From positions 25,330,800 to 25,394,799 of the forward strand of contig JARDVH010000099.1 in the NCBI GenBank assembly GCA_030324005.1: 64,000 bases of DNA. Reading direction: 5' to 3'. The notes beneath the pieces were generated by a model, which saw nothing but the letters and a program-made list of their open reading frames with translations, made no database searches and was not told the origin of the DNA. Shown piece by piece: positions 22,501-34,500 of the stretch. How positions within the stretch are numbered: the stretch's first letter is position 1; each line of letters starts with the position of its first letter. The DNA comes from Negaprion brevirostris. Its lineage: Eukaryota. The position numbers and the translations under genes were made by a program.

Positions 22501-25500
22501 GCTCTGGAGTCACATGTAGGCCAGACCCAGTAAGGATGGCAGATTTCCTTCCCTAAAGGATATTAGTGAACCAGATGGGTTTTTATGACAAAAAGTAGTT
22601 TCATGATCATCAGTAGATACTTAATTCCCAGATATTTTTGATTGAATTGAAATTCCACCATCTGCCATGGTGGGATTCAAACCCAGGCTTCCCAGAACAT
22701 TAGCTCAATTTCTGGAATAATAATGAAGTGATAATATCACTGGCCATCACCTCCCCTATCCTCTATGGATTTCATAGTGCTTTATGCACATTAAAAAAAG
22801 CTGTACCAAGAGATGTTTTTAATTCTGTATTTTTAAGTGTTGCACTATATTATAAGACATTACCTATATTTGCCACATATTTCCATCATTCAATAAATTT
22901 TATGGTTCCAAATTTGGTTCTGTTTGTACCAGGTTGATTGTTTACCCACCTCCTCCATCTAAGGGTGGCATATCTGTGACTAATGAAGATCTCTATTGTT
23001 TGAAAGAGGGAGAATTCTTGAATGATGTTATCATAGACTTCTATTTAAAGTAAGTAACTCTGGTTACCTTGCAGTTGAGGTGCATAAAAGGTTTAAATGG
23101 AAAGCACACTGAATTTGGAATGGTATAACTTGATACTAATGATGACAAAAATAAATTTGTTGAAAAATATAATTCAAACCTATACCAAAACATGTTCCTT
23201 GAACTGAGATCAGATATTTGGCATTCAAATTGTAATTGGATTTTTGGTTGGTATTATGAGTTTTGATGTGCCAATTAATGTGGTAAGTGGGGCTCTTGAA
23301 GGTCCCATATAGGAGCATTAACTTGTCATTATGTATCTTCAATGTATATATCTCATGAATGAATATAGACTTGTATGCTCAAGATTGCAGAGGATACTAA
23401 ATATGGAGGAAAAATGGGCTTTGTAGATAGAAACAGGAAGTTTCAAAGGCATGTGAAGTATGTGGACAAAATGGCAGGTTAGTGTGAAGTGTGAGGTCAT
23501 TCATTTTAGATCAGAGAAAGACAAATTGTAATAATTTTATAATGGTGAGACGTGAGGAGCTGTGAAGCTACATGTGGTCATGTATACATCACTAAACGTT
23601 AGAGCTCAGATAGAAAATGTAATCAAAAGGTTTGTGGAATGCCAGTCTTGAAAGGATTAATGCAGAAGACAGAAAGCTTTACTTCCATTGTACAGAGCCA
23701 CAATTAGAATCCATTTGGAATGCTGCATTCAACTTTGGACACTGCACCTCCGTAAAGATGCATATTATACTTGGAAAGCAGACAACACGGATACACCAGA
23801 AGCTGAGGCTGCGTACAGGGGTTTAAGGGGTGAAATTCTGAGGGCAGGTTATATAAAGAGCTTGTAGCCTGTTGAGTTTAGAAGAATTTTGAATTAGATT
23901 TAGCGCGGCTTAACCCTGTGGTTAACGCTGCTGCCTCACAATGCCATGGGCCTGGGTCCAATTCTGGCCTTGGGTGACTGTGTGGACTTTGCATGTTCTC
24001 CCCGTGTCTGCGTGGGTTACCTCTAGGTGCTCCAGTTTCCTGACAGCCCAAAGATCATAGAATTATAGAATCCTGTAGTGTAGAAGGATGCCATTCGGTC
24101 CATCGAGTCTGCATTGATTACAAACCGAACCAGGCTCTATCCTCTTAATCCCATGCATTTACCCAGCAACTCCCCCTGACACTAAGGTGCAATTTAGCAT
24201 GGCCAATTCACCTAACTCACTCATCTTTGAACTGTGGGACGAAACCAGACCACCCGGAGAAACCCACACAGACTCAGGGAGAATGTGCAAACTCCACACA
24301 GACAGTGACTCAAGCCGGGGATTGAACCTGGATTTCTGGGGCTGTGAGGCCAGCGGTGCTGGCCACTGTGAGGCAGGGGTGTGCAGGTTAGGTGGATTAG
24401 CAGGGTAAATATCTGGGGTTACAGGGATAGGGTCTGGGTTGGATGCTTCTCCGGTGAGTTGGTGCAAACTTGATGTGCCAAATGGCATGCTTCTGCTCGT
24501 TAGGGCTTCTGTGATTTGATAGAGTACATACTTTTAGGGTTAAATCAGCAAGGACTTCATTCAAAGGGTCAGTGAAATCTGAAATTCACTTTCCTCAAAA
24601 AGTTCTGTATATTCGGTTAATTTTTTTAAAGACTGAAATTTATAGAGTTCTGTTAAGCAAGAGTATTAAAGGATGTGGAAGGAGAATAAATGAAGTTGAG
24701 GTTGATTTGAATAGCATAGCAGAATTGACTCGCTGGCTGAATTACCTGCTTTCTACTTTAAATTCCAGATGGTCTTCTCATATCTTCAACTTTACATCCT
24801 TGTCTTTGCCTATTTCATTGCTTTGTCTTCCATTTTGAAGCTGTGTATAAATCACTTTTTTTGTTGATTGCCTTTTCATGTGCCTGATTGAGAAGTTAAA
24901 GTTTATTTATTAGTCACAAGTAAGGCTTATAGTGCAATGAAATTACTGTGAAATTCCCCTAGTTGCCCCAGTCAGCGTCTGTTCGGGTCAGTGTACCTAA
25001 CCAGCACGTCTTTCAGAATGTAGGAGGAAACCAGAGCACCCGGAGGAAACCCACGCAGACACGGGGAGCATGTGCAAACTCCACACAGACGGTGACCCAA
25101 GCCGAGAATTGATCCCGGCCTTCAGTGCTGTGAGGCAGCAGTGCTAACCACTGTGCTACCATGCCATTCCTAAGTAATGTGTAATTTGTTGGTACACCCC
25201 TTAAGGGTTAATGTTTAGAGAGCTGGCTGATGTATTCTAGAATAATCTGTTTAACCTCTAGCTGATAATGATTAACATTGCACTTTGCATGACCATTTCC
25301 ATGAAAGGTATTTTATTCTGTTTGGGATGAAATATATATTGCTGGGTTTGGTTCCTGGTAGGTAAGACACAGCAAAATACACACACACACATGAGCATCC
25401 AGATGGTTCACCACCTTACACAGCTGCACACAAGGGAGCCCAAACCACAAACTAGTAAGCAATTCACCTTAAAGGTCCCCAGTTACTCTGAAAAATAACA

Positions 25501-28500
25501 TACATTCATCAACACAAGTATTATGAAACAATCCGTAGGGATACTCAACCAACCATCCTGGCAGCTCAGTGTTTGAAAAGAGCAACAGCGTCAAGCAATA
25601 ACCCACTGATATCGTCCATTGCACGCACCATCCGCCCACAAACCCCATCCCGCTGAGGTTGAGGTGGAAGCCAACCTGGCTCACTGGAGAGGGCAAATAT
25701 GTTAAAAAGGTTGGAAATTTCAGATTTAACCTGCTTTGCGAGTCTAATTGTGGCTGTCCTGGGACCACTGACAGTGAAGACAATTTGGGAAGAAGGAAAG
25801 CACGTTCTTGACATTGGTTCTGGTAAGGAAGAGCGAGGAGCCCTTCATGACCTTCCCATTGGTGATTGTGTCCCCATCACCAATCCTGTTGCACCCCCCA
25901 GTTAAAACTCCAAGTGGGCAAATCCAGAATTCTGAGTTTCTTGCTTGCTCCCGGTTCCACCTCCCCATTCTCCTACCCCAGCTCGTGATGCAGCAACAAA
26001 TTCTTCCAATAACTGTGCAGATCCATATTCAAAATAAATGTTTTTGATACTTATCCTCTCCAATGTGCAAGTTCCACTGTGCTTTAGTATTTTACCCCTA
26101 TGTAGAAGTACATAATTTCTGTCACGAGGTGGCACTGTCTGGAAGCTCATCATATAATTTGTTTTATACTTTGTCGAGCTCTGCAGTCTTGGAGGATTTC
26201 TCATTAGTCACCGCGCAGACAAATGACTGCAATAACACTAATACCAGGACAATACTCTGGTGAATTTGAAAAAGGTTAAAGAAAGAACTTGCATTTATAA
26301 AGAGACTTTCATCACTTTGGGACGTCTTAGCTGCTTTCCAGATAATGAATTACTTTCTTAAGTGCAGTTACTGTTTTAAACAGTGCATCCTAGTGCATTC
26401 TCAAGGTACTTTAATACAATGAATTGTTTCCAATGAGCAAAAAGAACGGACTCTTCCTTTTATGTGCAGACCCGACAATAGCAATGAAATTAATGATGTG
26501 ATCCGTTTTGGTAGTTGGAAGGAAACTTGGCCAGGTCATCAGTTAAATTTCTCAAATTTCATTATAGGATATTTGGCATCCACTTGAATGATCAAAACAA
26601 AACACATGATACTAGAATGCCAGGCCAGACCATATAAGGGTGGCATGGTGATACAGTGGTTAGCACAGCTGCCCCACAGTGCCAGGGAACTGGGTTAAAT
26701 AACAACCTTGGATAACTATGGAGTTTGCACATTCTCCCCACTTCTGTGTGGGTTTCCTCCCACAGTGCTCCAGTTTCCTCCAGCAGTTCAAAGATGTGCC
26801 AGTTAGGTAGATTGGCCATGCTAAATTGTCTCTTAGTGTCCAAAGATGTGTAGGTTCAATGGATTAGCCAAGCTAAATGCATGAAGTTACAGGAGGGGAG
26901 GGCTTGTGTGGAATACTCTTTCGAGAGTTGGTGCAGACCCTATGGACAGAATGACCTCTCTCTGCACTATAGGGATTCTATAGTTCTATGTGATCAGTGA
27001 CTGGAAAGGAACTTAAAAGTTGTAAATTTCTGACTTTGACAGAACTGTGTCAGTCATTGAAGCAAGAGAAGAAGAAATAGTATGAAGGAAACTGAAATAT
27101 ATGAAGTAAAGGAAGCCAGTGGTGGCCAGTAGGTGACTTGAGGTCCTGACAGATTTCAGTTGCCACATTTCAATAACGAATCTCTTCCAAAGCTTAATTT
27201 GTGACAAAATCTACAAAAAAATTTCATCGAAGATCCATTGGATGCTGCATACCCTTTGACAGATGTAATGTTTGCGAATGCAGCTTCCAATCAAGAGACC
27301 CCATCTCTGTTCCTCCAGAAAAAGATGTGGACATGCCGGCGTTGGACTGGGGTAAACACAGTAAAAAGTCTGACAACACCAGGTTTAAGTCCAACCGATT
27401 NNNNNNNNNNNNNNNNNNNNNNNNNNNNNNNNNNNNNNNNNNNNNNNNNNNNNNNNNNNNNNNNNNNNNNNNNNNNNNNNNNNNNNNNNNNNNNNNNNNN
27501 AGTGAGCTTACTATCAAATAAATTGATTGGACTTAAACCTGGTGTTGTCAGACTTTTTACTGTGTCCTCCAGAAAAAAACATAACTTACAAATTAAGGAA
27601 ATGCAAATTTCAACATTGATCTTTATTTTAGATATTTGTAGAATTATTCCCAACTATATATATGTGGAAGAGATCTAAAATTATGGAAAATCATTCCATG
27701 GGCACACTTGTCAATTAATTGTATATTGGTCAAAGTAATATCAATTTTCAGGTTTATATCTTTATCACTCTCCGTCAAGGCCTAAGTTACTTTTTTTTGG
27801 ATCATTCGCAGTGTATGTTGAGGGAGCTTAGCTATAATAAATACGGATTCAGTAATTCATTGATTTGTCCTGTCCTTGTTTTGTAACTGCAGGTATTTAG
27901 TACTCGAAAAGATCAAACAGCAGGATGCAGATAGAGTGCACGTTTTCAGTTCCTTTTTTTACAAACGACTGAATCAGCGAGAACGACGGAATGTTCCAGA
28001 ATCTGCCAATCTATCGTAAGCTTTCATAACTGAGACTCAAGAGTTATGTAATTTGCCTCCCTATTGAAGTGGAATACATGAAAAGGTTTTTGCGAAGAAA
28101 TCCTATATTCTCCCACGGTTTTTCTCCACCTGCCCCACTGCCACCACAGGGAAGAAAGCAAGAGCAATTGATGTTTGCGCTGGCCATCCATATCAAGGCA
28201 TTAATTTGTCACTGATGTTCTTTCGAAAATACTTTCAGCTCAATTTGAACAACTTTTGTTTTCCACTTTCTACATGGGACACATTTGGGAAAAAAAACAA
28301 TGTAATCAGCTATGTGCTCCTTTAGTAAGGAAATATACTGGATCACTCTGCTGAACCCTGAGTATCGCAGGTTGAAAAGGGTCCCTTCCTATTGCACCGT
28401 CTTGTTTGAGTATAGATGCACTCAATAACTTTTGCATGTTGTTTACTTCTCTAAGAATCAATGGCAGGGGGTTTCCAGCTTGCCCACTTGCCAGACTGCA

Positions 28501-31500
28501 TTCAGGTTAAATAACAGAACACCCCTGGCTGGCTTGTGCAGAGACGCAGTTCACATCTTAACTTGCATAATGGAGAGAGTTAATTTTTTTTGATAATTTC
28601 CCCAGAGTCTTGGGCATTAGATAAAAATGTCGAACAGTCATCAATCCCCTCCATAGCTTAAACGTTTTATTGGATTTTCACTGCATTTAGTAAGAGACTT
28701 TACCACAGAAATGGACGGACAGAATGGAATAAATCCATTGTGCCTATGTTGGCTGTTAGCTTGTGCGGCCTGTTACTTATCACAGTGTATTTTTCTCTCT
28801 CCATTGCTGTGTATTTTACACTGCTCCAAATGTTTCTTTTTGCATAATTTTCTTTCAAAAGATACAATGCCCCCACCGCACCCCTGCCCCCCCTGCGTGT
28901 GCGCGCACACACACAACCAGAATCTATTGTACAGGTTTCCTGACCATCCTGTGGTTTTTTACTACAGGGCATCTTTAATTTTTTCTAACAGTTTCCTATC
29001 TGATTAACAGCTGGTTGCTTGCCAGGCAGGAAATCTTGCAGCACAAAGTCACATCAGAGCTGTGCTGAGATTGGGTAGGTCAAGGGGGGGCACATAGTAG
29101 ATGTAATCACTTGGGGCCCGTTGATGGAGGTCGTGCAGAAGTGGAGAAGACCTTTACTGGGTTCCTTGCTGGTTGTTAAGGAGACTCGTGGTCCCTACTC
29201 ATGCTGTCTGACAAGAGAAAATACTTTTGCTTATGAAAATTTTATATACCTTTTAAAATCAAGTATATGTGGCCTTCCCTGTTCCAGCATGAACCTCAAG
29301 TGTGGTTTCTGACTCTAGCATCAAGCTGAAGCTTTATGGTCTCTTTTGTTTTTATGCTGGTTTTCCTAAGTGGATGTCTGAAACTAGAGCTAATATTTTA
29401 CAGTAAGTTAACCAATGATGTCTGTACACTTAATGCTGCTATTTATAAAACTCAAAATGCAGTTTGATGTTTTGTAGGTTTCTCTGCCTGTACACTCATT
29501 TTCAGGGAGTCATGTACTTGAATCCCCAGATGNNNNNNNNNNTTTCCTCAAAACTGTATTGGATTGCAGTTATCCACATCAAATGATATGATCCACCTGT
29601 TCTCTCAGTTCACTGATCAATGCTATTCATGTTGTTATGTTTTGTTTTGCAGTACGTGTCTGAACTTTTACTACAAATCGCCTATAGTGCATCTTTTCAA
29701 ATGTCCATGTGTTGCATCTACACATCTACGTGTTTTGTTTTAATCTATCTTTACTTTTTCAAAGTAAAGTCATTAACTTGAACAAATATGGCTTGCCTCT
29801 ACTGAACCTGTTCTATCTGTTCTGGATGATTAACTCACATTTCTAATGTAACTTGAATTATGAATTTCATGAATTTTCTCGCAGCTGTCCTGAAATGATC
29901 TGTAATTAGTTGATATTATCCTTCCCTCCATTCTTGGATAATTTATTCTGAGTTACCTTTAATTATCTGGCACAGTTACTTGTCTAAGATGAATTGAAAC
30001 ATTGTGATCAGAGCCTTAGCTGTCACCTTCCTAACTTGACTAAATGGTTCGATGTGCAAGTCAACAGGGCCCAGAAACCTATCCCGTGGCACTTTGTAAA
30101 TCCTTTTCTATAGCTAAAATAACATTCAGGAGAATGTTCCATGAATTGGAAATTACCCAAGTGTTTCTGTGAAAGTGTATTCAAATGCTTTACTCGATTT
30201 TGGTCAAACTTGGAGATGGATTTTTGTCTATTTAGCTTTCGTAACATACTTCCTTTTACATCTGTGCTTTTTTTTGCTGACATGCTTCAACATATTCAAA
30301 ATGCAGATGCCTGTCTCCTGTTCTATAACATGTGTATCTCACCTTTTAACACCTTACCCCCTGCTCTCTTTGCTTTGACCTTTTTTAATCTCAAAGTAAA
30401 ACTCGTTAAATTTTACAAACCAGGCTTATTTCTAATAAATCTGTTCTGACTATTCTTGATGATTATCACACATTTCTAAATACTGATTTAACTTGGAGTA
30501 TGGATTCTATGTAGAAATACACTGGTTCCCTGAATTTCCTAGTGTGTGTGCTTTAAAATCTTTCTTATTTAACCCCTCGTTCTTCTCTAACTTCGCAACC
30601 TCTTCCAGCTTTGAATCCCCTCAAGCATTTTCTGCATCTTTCTCCTACTGTATCCTGCCATCATTGGCAGAAATTCAGGATATCTCGGGTCTACTCTCTG
30701 AAATGCCTTAAGAAGTTCCTTGGGGTGTTTAAAATGTTACGGTGCCATGTAAATATTGTCACAAAACTAAGGGTTCTCATGCATTTGTAACACTGCCCAA
30801 AATTAGACTTCTAATGAAAATTGGAAGCAATGTTAATTGATTAAATTTATCAAGTATAACATGAATCAGTTTTAGTTATGTACTTCTCTGTTATATGTAC
30901 ATATGCGTTACAGTCTCAGTAAGCCTTCTGATACCATTTAGGTTACCACAAAGACGTCATGCCAGGGTGAAAACATGGACAAGACATGTGGATCTCTTTC
31001 AAAAGGATTTTGTTTTTGTTCCTATTAATGAAACGTAAGTATTATAGCATCCTGGGTTTATTTACACAGGGATGCTGTCAATATTAGTTTTGGAAACTAT
31101 TCAAGTGCTGAGATGTGATGCCCTCTCCCTTTGTAGTATTTGAACATCCAGGGAGTTTTATATTAAACAAGACTTGAAATGGGACTGTAAATTAAACAGA
31201 ATGTTGCTCTGATTATTGGTGTTGCTGGAGGTGTAACAATTGTGGGGCAACAGAATAATGCAAAGTAGAAAACAAATATTTGAATTGTCATCTGAAGTCT
31301 TCCAAATAATATTAGAATTCTCTGTGCTAAAATTATTTACAACAATAACAGCAAGTTGCATTTGCATGTAATATTTAATGTAGTAAAATATCCCAACCTC
31401 ACAGGAGCTTAATTGGGTTAAGATTAACACTGAGCCAAAGAAGGAGACATTAGGGTAGGTGACCAAAAGTTTGACCCAATTTTTTTAAGGTCTTAAAGGA

Positions 31501-34500
31501 GAGAAATGGGATTTTGGGAAGGAATCCAGAACTTGGTGCCACGATGACTGTGTTCCATATTTGTGAACACGTAGAATTGAGATAAGATTTCACAGTAAAG
31601 GTTTAATTAAATTTGACTCATTTGTTATCCAACAAAGGCATTTTCCTTAATTTGAGAACATTTCTCTCGATTTTCCATGCCAAATTCCTCACCTTTTTGC
31701 ATAACTCCAATTTAAAAGAAGCCATTTAATTAGTTTCATTCCCTGTTCCCACAACTCTACACCTTTCCTTCTCAAGTATTTATCCAATTCCCCTTTTTAA
31801 AGTTATAATTGAATGTGTTTCCAGTGCTCTTTTGAGCAGTACAGTCTGGATCACAACTTATTCTTTACTTCCTCTTTGATATTTTGCCAGTTATCTTAAA
31901 TCAGTGCCCTCTAGTTACTATCCCAGTCAACCACCCCCAACTGTAATGGTAAGTCGCACCTTATTTATTCTGACCACCTCTATCAAATCCACTCCTAGCC
32001 CACTCTGCTCCAAAAAGAACAATCCTAGTATTTCTAGTCCTTCATCCCTGACACCATTCTAATAAATCTCCTCTCTAGTTTTTTGACATTTACAGAAAAT
32101 TCTGAAGGATCTTAAGGCCACCAAAATAGGGAAGACTCAATTGAATTGCAAAGTGGTTTTGAAGGAATGGTGGGTCAGGGAATGTGGGGTCATCAGGTTA
32201 AAACTGGGAATAAGGAGCAAGGTTTTGAGGCAGCACATGGCCAAGCCAGGGACAATTAAACCTTTGTGTTGAGACCACTTGAGTTCTCCTAGCATAAGAC
32301 AATTCAGATCAACTAATGTTGTACAAACCTGGAATTGGACATGGATTTTATGGTCAGTTACTTGATGAACTTAGTGAGCCATCTGGAGTCCCACCAGTTC
32401 ACCCTTCTATAACTGAGAAGTTTTCAAAGTTTTTATTCTGTGACAATTGATCTAACCCAGAAAACCAGATTGAAGTTATTTTTAATATACATTCATAGGA
32501 TATGGGTGTCACTGGCTAGGCCAGCTTTTATTGCCCATCTTTAAGTGCTCTTGAAAAGATGGTGCTGAGTGTGTTCTTGAACTGCTGCAGTCCATGTATT
32601 GTAGGTATACCCACCATGCTGTTCAGAAGGGAGTTCCAGGATTTTTACCTCGCGATAATGAAGGAATGGTGGTAGCGCTCCAAGTTGATGGTGTGTGACT
32701 TAGAAGGAAAATTGCAAGTGTTGTTTTTCCCAGGCACCTGCTACCTTTGTCCTTCTAAGTGGTAGAAGGTTTGGAAGGTGCTGTCAAAGGAGCCTTGGTC
32801 AGTTCCTGCACTGCATCTTGTTGATGTAACACACTATTGTCATTGTTCGCTGGTGGTGGCGGGAGTGAATGTTGAAGGTGGTGTTTGGAGTGATTTCCAA
32901 AGGAAGATTTATTATTTAGCAAATATCAAAGACGCTAATATAAAATCTTTTCTTTTCTAAAGGGCCCATTGGTTTTTGGCTGTTATTTGTTTTCCTGGCC
33001 TTTGCACTGAACAAAATTTCAAGTCACAGGAAAATGAAGGAATGCTGTTCAATAGCTCCACACTAGAGGAAAGCAACAGTAACTGGCCATCGTTGCAAGG
33101 GGAGACTGATGGTTTAGCTGACAACTCAACTTCCACAAATGTGCTAAGAAAAACTCCTGACACCATCGAGAAGATGTCTGAACTCAGTGTTGGTAGTAAC
33201 TGTGAATGTGTGGAATTTGATAAACTCCATACAAGAAGATGCTTATTAACAAATAAATTCCTCAGTAATGTTAATCAGATGGACACTGAATTTGAAGATG
33301 ACCAAAACTCAAACACAAGAGCAGAAAATGTTGCAGAAGGTAAACAGCTAGGTACCTGGTTTATTTTTAATTTCAGAACTAAGCTAACAGGAACAGCTCT
33401 TCAAGTTTAAGTGAGCTTGTCACTTATAAACTTTTTCTTGAGGTGGATAAAATCCTGTACGTGAAGAAGCTGAAATGATCAAGATTAAGTAAACTTCACA
33501 ACTTCTTTTAAAGGAGTAATTGTACCCAAACTGCCATTTCAGAGTATGTTTGAAAGTTAATTTCACAACTAAATGATGAGAACCTTGCACTCACTACTTT
33601 TCCCACTTCAGTGGTTTCATTAGTAATGCATGGTTCTGATATTGCTACATTTTACTTTCAGTAATACACTTGTATACAGAAATCCATTGGTTTTCATTGT
33701 TTCATAAAACTTAAAATAAATATTGAGAATAATGGATCTGAAATGACAACAAAAGCTAAGTCTGGGAAAGTAAAATTCATGGAGATGGAAATGTGATTTC
33801 CACTGAGTTGTGCAGCGTTTCCCCACTGTAGACTTTTAGTTCTCCCATGATGTTGGAACTTTGCAAATCATTTTGCAACATTGTTCCATGTGAAGGTTTT
33901 TACTGATCTTGACTCATGAGAATTATGATATTTTTCATGTGAAATGTATAAGGAAAGTGAAGTATGGTGTGCTATCTAACTGGGTTATGGTTTTTTCCAA
34001 CATCCTTGGATACTTTGCAAATCAAGGATTCATGCATGGTACACATCATCATTAGCTGTTGATCTCAGCATTACTGTACAGACAGCTGCTGTTCTGCTAA
34101 TAGATACTAATTGTAGAACTAATTTTCTTACTGAATCAATGCAGATTTTGCTGACTCAGGTCCTCTGCCATCTCCAGACTCCTTACCATTGTAGAATCTT
34201 TACAGTGCAGAACGAGGCCATTGAGCCTACACTGGCAACAATCCTACTGAGGCCCTATCTCTGTAACTCCACATATTTACCCTGCAAGTCCCACTAACAC
34301 TAAGGGCAATTTAGCGTGGCCAGTCGACCTAACTTGCATACCTTTGGAGTGTGGGAGGAAACCAGAGCACCTGGAGGAGACGAGGGGAGTTGTTGCAAAT
34401 TCCACAGAGACATTGATTCCACACAGACAGTGAACCCGAGTCTCTGATGCTGTGAAGCACAGCACTTACCATTGTGCCACCATCTTGCTTTCTCTCAGCT

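Noticed and set aside
26638-26715. tRNA-like A/B boxes
   Set aside because: SINE head continuous with core and tail; not a tRNA gene.
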